Source: Gemmiger formicilis (GTDB taxonomy: Bacteria > Bacillota_I > Bacilli_A > RFN20 > CAG-826). Taken from it: DNA of 64,000 bases. The number at the start of each line of letters is the position of its first letter. The stretch's first letter is position 1. Both the position numbers and the translations under genes were made by a program. Where the stretch lies: the NCBI GenBank assembly GCA_963626345.1, contig CAVFXI010000034.1:5081-69080 (forward strand), in the 5' to 3' direction. The notes beneath the pieces are model-generated. The model ran no database searches. It was not told the DNA's origin and saw nothing but the letters and a program-made list of their open reading frames with translations. Positions 40,351-49,533 of this stretch are shown piece by piece.

Positions 40351-42078
40351 TTAATTAGCCTCCTTTGTTTGAGATTCATAAATTTCTTTATAAGTTTTAC
40401 ATGTTTTTAAAAGGTCTTCATGTTTTCCAATTCCAACAGGTTGTCCTTCATTAATAACAATGATCTGATCAGCATTTTTAATTGTGCTAACTCTTTGAGC
40501 GATAATAATCATTGTTTTATCGCCTTTTTCCTTATTTAATGCTTTTCTTAAATTTGCATCAGTTTTAAAATCAAGTGCGCTAAAACTATCATCAAAAATA
40601 TATAGTTGTGGATTTTTTACAATTGCTCTCGCAATTGATAATCTTTGTTTTTGTCCTCCTGAAAAATTTGTTCCTCCTTGCGCTACATAAGAATTGAGTT
40701 TATCTGGCAAAGATCTTACAAAATCTCCAGCTTGAGCAATATCTAATGCATGCATTAATTCTTCGTCGCTTGCATTTTTATTTCCAAATCTTAAATTATC
40801 GGCAATTGTACCAGAGAATAACCATGCTCTTTGTTGAACATAGGATAAATTATCCCTAAGCTGTTCTTGGGTTAAATTTCTAATATCAATCCCATTTAAT
40901 TTAATTGTTCCATTAGTTACTTCGTTAAACCTTAACATTAACGATGCAATCGTTGATTTTCCACTTCCGGTGCCACCAATAATTGCAGTAGTGGTTCCTT
41001 TTTTACATGAAAAATTAAGATTTTCTAAAGTACATTCATCAGCATCAGGATACTTAAATGAAACATTTTCAAAAGATAAGATATCTTCATTTTCATTAAG
41101 TTTTTTAATTTCATTAGTATTATTTTTAATTTCTGGCGAGAATTCCAATACTTCATTTATACGATTCGCACATTCAAATGCTCTTGGTAAAGTCAAAATT
41201 ACCATTTGCGCCATCATTAAAAAGAATAAAGAGAGCATTGCATATTCAACAACAGAAGTAATGTCGCCAAAATTAAACATTCCAATAGAAATTCTAGCGC
41301 CACTCATCCAATAAATTAAAACAACGAAAAGATTTACGGCAAAATAAGATAAACCATCAAGCGAAGCGAACATAATATTTGCTTTAACAGATGTTTCTTT
41401 ATATTGTGAAAATGATTCATTTAATCTATTTGTTTCATATTCTTGATTATTAAAAGCTCTAATAACACGAACACCAGTAATGTTTTCGAGCATAATAGTG
41501 CTCATCTTATCTAACAATTTTTGTAACTTTTTGAAAAGTGGTGAAGCACTTTTCAAAATAAATAAAGCAAATACGCTAATAAATATTAAGACAGCTAATA
41601 AAATTAAACCAATCAGCCAATCTTTAGAAAATGATAAACATAAAGAGACAATAAAAACAACTGGCACAGGTAAAATCATTTGAAAAATATTTACAACAGC
41701 CATTTGTATATTTGAAATGTCGGATGTAATTCTTGTTGTCATTGATGCGGTTCCAAAAGTTTGAAAATCATAAACTGATAAATCAAGTGTTTTCTTATAT
41801 ATAGATTCTCTAATATTTGCACCAACTTCAGATGAAAGTCTTGCACAAGTATATCCTCCAATAATCGCGCCTATTCCAGCTAGGAGTGAAACAACAGCCA
41901 TTTTTATAGCAGCTTTGATTAATTCGTTAAAGTCTGCATTTATTGAAGATCCTTTATTTAACATTTCACCTGCAAATGTAGGAACAAGTAGTGCACCTAC
42001 CATTTCGATGGACATAAGCAAGATAGTTATTAAACATAATTTCCAGTGTGGTTTTAAAAATTTCAATATTAATTTCAT
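40351..42078 (-). CDS. ABC multidrug exporter subunit (degenerate Walker B half)
   Basis: Walker A GGTGSGKST, signature FSGGQKQR, and Walker B LYIFDDS (no catalytic Glu). SD GGAGG. Translationally coupled to the downstream subunit. Confidence 0.9.
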   Translation of the reverse strand: MKLILKFLKPHWKLCLITILLMSIEMVGALLVPTFAGEMLNKGSSINADFNELIKAAIKMAVVSLLAGIGAIIGGYTCARLSSEVGANIRESIYKKTLDLSVYDFQTFGTASMTTRITSDISNIQMAVVNIFQMILPVPVVFIVSLCLSFSKDWLIGLILLAVLIFISVFALFILKSASPLFKKLQKLLDKMSTIMLENITGVRVIRAFNNQEYETNRLNESFSQYKETSVKANIMFASLDGLSYFAVNLFVVLIYWMSGARISIGMFNFGDITSVVEYAMLSLFFLMMAQMVILTLPRAFECANRINEVLEFSPEIKNNTNEIKKLNENEDILSFENVSFKYPDADECTLENLNFSCKKGTTTAIIGGTGSGKSTIASLMLRFNEVTNGTIKLNGIDIRNLTQEQLRDNLSYVQQRAWLFSGTIADNLRFGNKNASDEELMHALDIAQAGDFVRSLPDKLNSYVAQGGTNFSGGQKQRLSIARAIVKNPQLYIFDDSFSALDFKTDANLRKALNKEKGDKTMIIIAQRVSTIKNADQIIVINEGQPVGIGKHEDLLKTCKTYKEIYESQTKEAN

Positions 42079-42119
42079 AAAATACCTCCATTTTCTTGAC
42101 TAAAGCCAACATGATTGCT

Positions 42120-42150
42120 AGTATAAACTATATAGTTGCTATACAGTCAA
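42120..42150 (-). promoter_or_regulatory. MerR-type promoter (19-nt spacer with dyad) for the ABC exporter operon
   Basis: The minus strand reads TTGACT (plus 42150-42145), the 19-nt spacer GTATAGCAACTATATAGTT containing dyad TATAG-CAA-CTATA, then TATACT (plus 42125-42120). Confidence 0.6.
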
Positions 42151-42158
42151 GAGGATTT

Positions 42159-42977
42159 ATGAATAAACAAAAACTATTCAATATATCGGAATTTTCAAAA
42201 ATTACAGGGTTATCTAGACAAACTCTTATTTATTATGATAACATCGATTTATTAAAACCTTATAAGGTAGAAGGTAATGGTTATAGAAAATATTCACATA
42301 ATCAAATTTGGGTTACAAGTGTTATTTGGATTTTATCTGATTTAGGAGTGCCTTTAAAAGATATTAAAAAGAATATCGATAATATTTCACCTGAAAATAG
42401 TGAAAAAATTTTGAATTCACAGTTGGTTTTATTACAAGATAGAATTAAGGAATTAAATATTCTTGATGAGATGATTAAAATTAGATTAGAACAAATTAAA
42501 TTTGCAAAAAATATAAATAATAAAGGACTTTCATTTTCGATAATTAATATTAAAAATAACATCCCGTTTTTTATAGGAGGAAAAATTGGATGCAGCAAAG
42601 ACGAATTAAGTGATGAACATTATATTAATTTTTATAAAGATACAGAAAAGAAAGGCATTCCTTTAATTTTTGCTCTTTCATATATAAAGAAAAGAGAAAA
42701 CATATTAAATAATAAAGTAGATATTGTTGATGCGTTCTGTTTTCGATTGACTAATAAAAAATATGCTACAGGTTTTATGAAAAAAGGAAAATATCTTGTT
42801 ACATATGCTTTTGGTAATTATGGTGAAACTGATTATATATATAAGGATATAGTAAAGTACATTCATGAAAACAACATTAAAGTTATTGGCGATATTTTTG
42901 AAGAATATATTACCGATGAATTTGTACAAAGTAATCCGGATGATTATATTTTGCAGATATCCATTCCAATTGAATGA
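42159..42977 (+). CDS. MerR family transcriptional regulator with C-terminal effector-binding (GyrI-like) domain
   Basis: The N-terminal HTH (FNISEFSKITGLSRQTLIYYD) is typical of MerR/BmrR, and the gene is divergent from the exporter operon. The ATG at 42159 follows AGAGGA; the track start at 42096 is the TTG of a -35 box. Confidence 0.85.
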   Translation: MNKQKLFNISEFSKITGLSRQTLIYYDNIDLLKPYKVEGNGYRKYSHNQIWVTSVIWILSDLGVPLKDIKKNIDNISPENSEKILNSQLVLLQDRIKELNILDEMIKIRLEQIKFAKNINNKGLSFSIINIKNNIPFFIGGKIGCSKDELSDEHYINFYKDTEKKGIPLIFALSYIKKRENILNNKVDIVDAFCFRLTNKKYATGFMKKGKYLVTYAFGNYGETDYIYKDIVKYIHENNIKVIGDIFEEYITDEFVQSNPDDYILQISIPIE

Positions 42978-42980
42978 AGG

Positions 42981-43487
42981 TTAAATAATTTTATTTAGTT
43001 TAATTCTTTCAAATGCTTTTAAAAGAATTATTGAAAGAATAGTTCCAGCAATTCCTTGAATTAAATCAAAAACTGAATTGATTAAATATGAACTTCCAAA
43101 CATTATTAAATAAGCGATCATATAAGTTAAAACCATAAATAGTGGAGCTATTAAGCAACTTAAATACTTTAATATATGGTGACCCTTTAATAATCTATAT
43201 ATTAAATAACAACTTAATGATTCAAGACCTTTTGCAAATATTGTAAATGGAATAAAATTTGCTGCACCAGCTGTTAAATCCGCTAATGAACAACTTATAA
43301 TCGCGGATGATATTCCTTCGATTGGGCCAATAAAAATAGTGGTGAACATTATTAATCCATCACTGAAATTTAAGTATCCTGATCCGCCAGCATATGGTAT
43401 AGGTAAGAATGCTGTAATTACATATATAAGAGCGGTCATCAAAGCCGTTAATGATATTTTTAAAATAATTAACCTAGACTTAGTCAT
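42981..43487 (-). CDS. small polytopic membrane protein, ECF-transporter S-component-like
   Basis: 168 aa with 5-6 TM segments. The pattern TALMTALIYVITAFLPIP...GYLNFSD...GPIEG resembles ECF substrate-capture subunits. Family not resolved. Confidence 0.45.
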   Translation of the reverse strand: MTKSRLIILKISLTALMTALIYVITAFLPIPYAGGSGYLNFSDGLIMFTTIFIGPIEGISSAIISCSLADLTAGAANFIPFTIFAKGLESLSCYLIYRLLKGHHILKYLSCLIAPLFMVLTYMIAYLIMFGSSYLINSVFDLIQGIAGTILSIILLKAFERIKLNKII

Positions 43488-43489
43488 AT

Positions 43490-44089
43490 TTATTTATGTT
43501 TGTTAAACTTTTTATGGTAATGATAATTTTCTTTTCTAATTGGTTTTTTATTATTTAATTTTGAATATTCAGTATTTTTTGCAATTTTAGCAGCTTTTTC
43601 TTCTTCTTTCTTGCGCTTTTCTTCTTCCTTAATTTCAAAAGTTTCTTTGATTGTTGGTTCAATTAATTTTTCAACTTCTTCAATTGTATAGCATTGGACA
43701 CCAATTCTTTTAAGTTCTCTAGTAGTGAAGCCTTCTCCATCAATTAATGTACCATTAAAATTACCATTATGGATTTTGTAAACTCCACAAGATGGTGAAT
43801 GATCAACCAAAACAGCTTTTTTAATATGAAGGTATTTGACTACATTTAAAACAGAATCTGCGCCTTTTTTAAAACAATGGGTCACATCTTTGCCATTTTT
43901 ATTTACAACAATATTATTTTTAATTTCGCTAGGCGTTCTAGGGATAGACATTCCACCTAAAACTTCAGGGCAAACAGGAACAATATTAAAGTGTTCTCTT
44001 AGAAATTTAACTTTTTCGTTATAGTTATCTTTCCCATCATAACGACATTTATCACCCAATAAACAAGCACTTACAATAATAGTTTCCAT
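43490..44089 (-). CDS. DUF523 (TudS/YbbK-like) protein with Lys/Glu-rich C-terminal tail
   Basis: IVSACLLGDKCRYDG, VPVCPE and SPSCG cysteine motifs are typical of DUF523. About 55 extra C-terminal residues are rich in K/E. Confidence 0.7.
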   Translation of the reverse strand: METIIVSACLLGDKCRYDGKDNYNEKVKFLREHFNIVPVCPEVLGGMSIPRTPSEIKNNIVVNKNGKDVTHCFKKGADSVLNVVKYLHIKKAVLVDHSPSCGVYKIHNGNFNGTLIDGEGFTTRELKRIGVQCYTIEEVEKLIEPTIKETFEIKEEEKRKKEEEKAAKIAKNTEYSKLNNKKPIRKENYHYHKKFNKHK

Positions 44090-44143
44090 AAATTCCCTTT
44101 CGTTGCTTTGAATATTATATTGATTTATTTATAATAATTCCAT

Positions 44144-44782
44144 ATGAAAAAAGAGGTCTATTTAAACATTAATGGCGAAAAACATCTTTCAACAATCGAA
44201 AGAAAGAATATTAAATCTATTAGGTGGATTGTCAAAGATGGTGTTTATGAAATAAGATGTCCTTATTCTTGTAGTATTGAATATTTGGAAAAAGTTATTT
44301 CAAAGCACAAAACCAGGAAGAAACCTATTTTAGAAGAACCAATGAACGATGAATATTGCTATATTTATGGTAAAAAACAAGATGTTACTGGTAAATTTGT
44401 GGAAATAGACGGACATCATGTTTTATATAACAAGGGTACATTTTATAAAGATATTGATAAATTTTTTAAAAATTACGTCGAAGCAAGATTAAGGTATTTT
44501 GAAAAATTGATGAATATAGATCAACCATATAAATTGACAACAAGATTAGTAAGCACAAGATATGGTAGTAATAGCAGAAGAACTCACCACATAACAATTA
44601 ATTCATTCTTGGTTCATTTTTCGAAAGATATTATTGATGCTATTATTATTCATGAGTTAGCGCATAATTTTTATTATGACCACTCGGATAATTTTTATAA
44701 TTTCATTTACGAATATTGTCCAAATTATGATGCAATACATAAGGCATTAAGATTACAAGTATATAAAGGAGTTGAAAATTAG
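44144..44782 (+). CDS. DUF45/YgjP-like M48-family metal-dependent hydrolase
   Basis: IIIHELAHNFYYDHSDNFYNFIYEYCPNY matches the HExxH...H...F..v....P pattern of the family. Confidence 0.75.
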   Translation: MKKEVYLNINGEKHLSTIERKNIKSIRWIVKDGVYEIRCPYSCSIEYLEKVISKHKTRKKPILEEPMNDEYCYIYGKKQDVTGKFVEIDGHHVLYNKGTFYKDIDKFFKNYVEARLRYFEKLMNIDQPYKLTTRLVSTRYGSNSRRTHHITINSFLVHFSKDIIDAIIIHELAHNFYYDHSDNFYNFIYEYCPNYDAIHKALRLQVYKGVEN

Positions 44783-44784
44783 TA

Positions 44785-45528
44785 ATGATTCAGTATATAA
44801 CTAGTAGAAAGAACAAAATTGTTCTTGAAACAATGGATTTAAGAAAAAATAAAATCCAACAAGAAAAAGGTTTGTTTATTATTGAAGGTGAACATCTACT
44901 TGAAATGGCAAATAATGCCAATAATCTTGTATATGTTTTAGCAACAAAACACATAAATGGAATAAACCAAGATATCGACCAATACATTGTTCCAAAAGAT
45001 ATTTTAGAAAAGATTAGTGTTAGTAAATCTGCTCCAAATGTTATTGGGGTATGTAAATTTATAAATGACAAAATTGATCTCGCTGGTGATATTGTTTGCT
45101 TGGATTGCGTACAAGATCCAGGAAATTTGGGGACAATTATGCGTTCTTCGTTAGCATTTTCTTATTTTAATATATTGTTAAGCAAAGATTCTGTTAATAA
45201 GTATAATGAAAAAGTTGTACAAGCTTCACAAGGATCGATTTTTAATTTAAATATTGAATCTTTTGATATTTCGACTTTGAAAGATTATAAAGAAAAAGGT
45301 TATAAAATTGTTGTTACCACACTTGCAAAAGATTCGATTAATCTCGCTAATTTCAAGAAAAAACCAAATGAAAAATATATTTATGTTTTTGGCAATGAAG
45401 GAAATGGTGTTAGAAAAGAAATTCAAGATATTGCTGATTATAAGATTTTTATAGAAATGGAGAATATAGATTCTTTAAATGTTGGTGTTGCAGCCGGTAT
45501 TGTACTTTATTATTTGAAAAATAAGTAA
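44785..45528 (+). CDS. TrmH/SpoU family RNA 2'-O-methyltransferase (YsgA-like)
   Basis: SpoU motifs DPGNLGTIMRS, VFGNEGNGV and SLNVGVAAGIVLY. Its position upstream of pheST matches Bacillus ysgA. Confidence 0.85.
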   Translation: MIQYITSRKNKIVLETMDLRKNKIQQEKGLFIIEGEHLLEMANNANNLVYVLATKHINGINQDIDQYIVPKDILEKISVSKSAPNVIGVCKFINDKIDLAGDIVCLDCVQDPGNLGTIMRSSLAFSYFNILLSKDSVNKYNEKVVQASQGSIFNLNIESFDISTLKDYKEKGYKIVVTTLAKDSINLANFKKKPNEKYIYVFGNEGNGVRKEIQDIADYKIFIEMENIDSLNVGVAAGIVLYYLKNK

Positions 45529-45594
45529 GCATTAATGATATTCAATCGATAAAATGTAATTTTTAAAAACGAAGTTTAATGATATAATCATTAT

Positions 45595-45803
45595 GCGTTG
45601 AGAAGGAGTAGTAGTAAGTTTATTAATTTTTAGAGAGAAGTTGATGGTGGAATAACTTCATTTAAGACTTATGAATTCGCCTTGGAGCAGGTTTGATGAA
45701 CCCGTACATATACGTTAAATATGGTAATTAAGATTTTAAAAGAATTAGGATGGTACCGCGGTTAATTCGCTCCTAACTAGTTCTTTTTTATTTATTTAAG
45801 GAG
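45595..45803 (+). promoter_or_regulatory. T-box leader, phenylalanine specifier (TTC), non-canonical expression platform
   Basis: -10 TATAAT at 45583-45588. Stem I elements AGAGAGAAG...GGTGGAA, specifier GAA-TTC-G (TTC at 45676-45678), T-box AGGATGGTACCGCG (45748-45761). Antiterminator is TTAGGA / bulge TGGTACC / GCG-loop-CGC / TCCTAA. Confidence 0.88.
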
Positions 45804-45809
45804 AAAATT

Positions 45810-46070
45810 ATGGCTGAACAATTAGAATTTAAATTTGATACTCAATTATTAATCAATGGAACAGGACTCAATGAAGATGAAATCAACGAGTATATTACAA
45901 CTCACTTTAAAGGTGATTGTTTAATTGCTGTTGGTGATGATACTTTAATTAAGATTCATTTCCATACTAATGAACCATGGAAGATTCTTGAATATGGTCA
46001 ATCATTAGGTGAAATTAGTGATGTTGTTGTTGAAAATATGCAAAGACAAGCTGATGGATTAAAAGGTTAG
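45810..46070 (+). CDS. stand-alone FakA/YloV middle-domain-like small protein (86 aa)
   Basis: By my recollection EFKFDTQ...FKGDCLIAVGDDTLIKIHFHTNEPWKILEYGQSLGEISDVVVENMQRQ aligns with B. subtilis YloV EFGFCTE...[58 protein letters not shown]. Confidence 0.6.
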   Translation: MAEQLEFKFDTQLLINGTGLNEDEINEYITTHFKGDCLIAVGDDTLIKIHFHTNEPWKILEYGQSLGEISDVVVENMQRQADGLKG

Positions 46071-46093
46071 TTTAATTTTTAGGGTATAGTTAT

Positions 46094-47137
46094 ATGGAAG
46101 ACAAAGAAATAGAATCGTTGGTTAGTGAAGCTTTAAATGATGTAAAAGAAGCTGATACAATCGACAAAATTAATGAAGTAAGAAATAAATACTTGTCTAA
46201 AAAAGGAAGTATTTCTTCTTTAATGCTTAAAATGAAAGAATTAACAGTTGAAGCAAAAAAGAAGTATGGACAAGTTGTTAATAGTGCAAGAACTCAAGTT
46301 GAGAATGCGATTAACGAAAAATTAGAAGAAGCAAAAGCTTTAGAACTTAAAAAGCAACTCGAAAAAGAATCAATTGATATCACTCTTCCAGGTAACAATT
46401 ATTTTTCAGGTAATGAGAATCCATTTTATAAAGTTCTTCATGAAATTGAAGATATTTTTATTGGTATGGGTTATGAAGTTCATGATGGCCCAGAAGTTGT
46501 TAGTGATGAATATAATTTTGAATTAGTTAATATTCCAAAAGATCATCCTGCAAGAGATATGCAAGATTCTTTCTATATTAACGACAATTTACTTTTAAGA
46601 ACTCAGACAAGTTCTATGCAGCCTCAAATTATGAGACTTGCTAATGGTAAACCAATTAAAGTTATTTGCCCTGGAAAATGTTATAGAAGAGATGACGATG
46701 ATATGACTCACAGTCATCAATTTGCACAAGTTGAAGGTTTAGTTATCGATAAAAATATTAATATGGCTAGTTTAAAAGGAACTTTAGAGTTATTTGCAAA
46801 ACAAATGTTTTCAAAAGATTCAAAAGTTAGGTTTAGGTCATCATATTTCCCATTTACTGAACCATCTGTTGAAGTTGATATTTCATGTTTTAAATGTCAT
46901 GGAAAAGGTTGTCCAACTTGTAAAGGTAGTGGATGGATTGAAATTTTAGGGGCAGGAATGGTTCATCCAAATGTTTTAAAAATGTCGGGATATGATCCTG
47001 AAGAATATAGCGGATTCGCTTTTGGTGTTGGAATTGATAGAGTTGCTATGCTACGTTATGGAATTGATGATATTCGTAGAATCTATTCTAATGATGTTAG
47101 ATTTATTGATCAATTCAACAAGAAAATTGAGGATTAG
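46094..47137 (+). CDS. pheS: phenylalanine--tRNA ligase alpha subunit
   Basis: 347 aa with class II motifs (HPARDMQDSFY, YFPFTEPS, GFAFGVGIDR). Confidence 0.97.
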   Translation: MEDKEIESLVSEALNDVKEADTIDKINEVRNKYLSKKGSISSLMLKMKELTVEAKKKYGQVVNSARTQVENAINEKLEEAKALELKKQLEKESIDITLPGNNYFSGNENPFYKVLHEIEDIFIGMGYEVHDGPEVVSDEYNFELVNIPKDHPARDMQDSFYINDNLLLRTQTSSMQPQIMRLANGKPIKVICPGKCYRRDDDDMTHSHQFAQVEGLVIDKNINMASLKGTLELFAKQMFSKDSKVRFRSSYFPFTEPSVEVDISCFKCHGKGCPTCKGSGWIEILGAGMVHPNVLKMSGYDPEEYSGFAFGVGIDRVAMLRYGIDDIRRIYSNDVRFIDQFNKKIED

Positions 47138-47140
47138 TTT

Positions 47141-49531
47141 ATGTTAGTATCATTAAAAGAAATTAGTAAATATGTTGATATAAGCGATTTAACTCCAGAA
47201 GAAATTGCTAAAAAAATGACTTCTGCAGGGATTGAAGTTGAAGGAATCAATCATCTTTCAGAAGCAACTAATCTTGTGATTGGTCATATTTTAAAATGTG
47301 AAAAACATCCAGATAGTGATCATTTGCATGTTAATCAAATTGATATTGGGAGCGAAGTTACACAAATTGTTTGTGGTGCTCCTAATTGTAGAGAAGGGTT
47401 AAATGTCATTGTTGCTCTACCTGGAGCAGTTCTTGCTGGTGGCAAGAAAATTGAAAAATCAGTAATTCGTGGTGTTGAGAGCAATGGTATGTGCTGTGCA
47501 TTAAATGAAATTGGAGTTGATCCAAAAAATTTAAGACCAGAACAAATTGCTGGAATTGAAGAACTTCCAAAAGATGCTCCAATAGGTGAAAAAGATGTTT
47601 TAAAGTATTTAGGACTTGATGATACCATTCTTGATTTATCATTATTAGCAAATAGAAGTGATGCTTATTCTTTATATAATGTTGCAAAAGAAATAGCTGC
47701 ATTATTTAATAAAGAAGTTTCAATACCTTCATATAATAGTAGTAATTTAGTAGTTAATCAGTATAAAACTGGTTCTATGACTGATAATTGCAAGCAATTT
47801 GCAATTAGATGTTTTGAAGATATTTCAATTAATGAGTCACCAAAAGAACTACAAGAAGTCTTAAGAAGCGAAGGAATTCGTTCAATTGATAATATTGTTG
47901 ATATTGGTAATTATGCAATGCTTCTAACTGGTCAGCCTTTAAATATGTATGATGCTGATAAATTGCCAAAGAAAGAACTTATTGTTAAAGATGACTTTGA
48001 AGGTGATGTTGTGGCAATGGATGGTAAGACTTATTCGCTTAAAAAAGGCGATTTGGTCGTAACAAGTGGTGGGGAAGTTATGTGCATTGCTGGTGTTATG
48101 ACTTGTGAATGTTGCAAAGTAACAAAAGATACAAAAAATATTTTAGCTGAAGTTGCCAACTTTTATGGACCACAAATCAGAAAAACATGCATAAGGCTCG
48201 GATTAAGCAGTGATTCTTCACAAAGATTTATTAAAGGCATTAATCCAAATCAAACAAGTGATGTTATGGAGCTTGTAACTCATTTAATTAATAAATATTC
48301 ATCTGCAAAAAAAGTTTCTGAAACTCAAGAATTTAATGTATTAAATTACAAGGACAAAGAAATTGAATGTAGTTTTAAATATATTAATGATCGTTTAGGA
48401 ACTTCTTTCGATAATGAGACGATTATTTCAACATTGAATAAGTTATATATTAAGACAAAAAATGTTGATGATGAGCAATTTACTGCTATTATTCCAGCAT
48501 TTAGAATTGATATTGAAGGTAAAGCTGATTTAAGTGAAGAAATCATTAGATATAATGGATTTGACAAAATTAATTCAGTACTTCCAATGATGGAAACTAC
48601 AGTTGGTGGTAGAACTGGTTTTGGCAAACATGAAAAAGTTGTTTCTGATTATTTATTAAATCAAGGATTAGATCGAATTATTAGTTATTCTTTAATTAAC
48701 AAAGAAGACAACGAATCTTTCAATTTAGTCAATAAAAATGAAGGCTATGAAGTTTTACATCCATTAACTGAAGATCATAAATACATTCGAACAAATCTTT
48801 TGAGTTCAATGCTTAGAGTCGTTCAATATAATTTCAACCACCAAAACAAAAATTTTGGTTTATTTGAAATTGCACAAATTAATGATAAAAAAGGCGCTGG
48901 TAGCCATCTTTCCATTTGTTTATGTGGAAAGAAGTTTGGTCAAGACCAAATGAATGGTGTTGGTTATAATTTTTACGATGTTAAGGGTATGTTTGAAAAT
49001 ATTCTCAAGATGTTTAACATTCAGCCAAATCGTTTAAAATATGAAAGACTTAGTGATTCTAAAGAATTACATCCAAATAGAAGTGCCATTGTTAAATTGG
49101 ATGGAAAAACACTCGCTGTATTCGGCGAAATTTATCCAACATTAAAGAATAAGTACGATTTAAATAAAGAAGAAGTTGTTCTTTTAGAACTTGATTTAGG
49201 TTTACTTTTTAAGACAAAATCTGGTAATAATCATTTTGTTGAATTCAATAAATATCCAACAGTTTCTCGTGATTACGCCTTTGTTTTAAGCGATACCGTT
49301 AAATATTCAGACATTAAGAATGAAATTAAAAAAGGAAATCCTTTAATTAGTGATATTCATATTTTTGATGTTTATAAAGGAGAACACCTTGATAAAAATA
49401 AGGTTTCTATCGCGATAAGTGTTCTTTTAGATGGTAAAGATCATACTTTAAAAGAAGAAGAGATTAATGCTACAGATCAAAAGATTAGAAGCATTATTAA
49501 AGAAAAATTTGATGGGAATATTAGATCATAA
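47141..49531 (+). CDS. pheT: phenylalanine--tRNA ligase beta subunit
   Basis: 796 aa. N-terminal tRNA-binding (OB) domain, B3/4 and B5 regions, and a C-terminal FDX-ACB-like domain. Follows pheS by 3 nt. Confidence 0.97.
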   Translation: MLVSLKEISKYVDISDLTPEEIAKKMTSAGIEVEGINHLSEATNLVIGHILKCEKHPDSDHLHVNQIDIGSEVTQIVCGAPNCREGLNVIVALPGAVLAGGKKIEKSVIRGVESNGMCCALNEIGVDPKNLRPEQIAGIEELPKDAPIGEKDVLKYLGLDDTILDLSLLANRSDAYSLYNVAKEIAALFNKEVSIPSYNSSNLVVNQYKTGSMTDNCKQFAIRCFEDISINESPKELQEVLRSEGIRSIDNIVDIGNYAMLLTGQPLNMYDADKLPKKELIVKDDFEGDVVAMDGKTYSLKKGDLVVTSGGEVMCIAGVMTCECCKVTKDTKNILAEVANFYGPQIRKTCIRLGLSSDSSQRFIKGINPNQTSDVMELVTHLINKYSSAKKVSETQEFNVLNYKDKEIECSFKYINDRLGTSFDNETIISTLNKLYIKTKNVDDEQFTAIIPAFRIDIEGKADLSEEIIRYNGFDKINSVLPMMETTVGGRTGFGKHEKVVSDYLLNQGLDRIISYSLINKEDNESFNLVNKNEGYEVLHPLTEDHKYIRTNLLSSMLRVVQYNFNHQNKNFGLFEIAQINDKKGAGSHLSICLCGKKFGQDQMNGVGYNFYDVKGMFENILKMFNIQPNRLKYERLSDSKELHPNRSAIVKLDGKTLAVFGEIYPTLKNKYDLNKEEVVLLELDLGLLFKTKSGNNHFVEFNKYPTVSRDYAFVLSDTVKYSDIKNEIKKGNPLISDIHIFDVYKGEHLDKNKVSIAISVLLDGKDHTLKEEEINATDQKIRSIIKEKFDGNIRS

Positions 49532-49533
49532 TT

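Noticed and set aside
47335-47702. Two overlapping about 97-aa minus-strand ORFs inside pheT
   Set aside because: They are antisense to the well-conserved tRNA-binding domain of pheT, with no start context. This is a typical shadow ORF of an AT-rich coding region.
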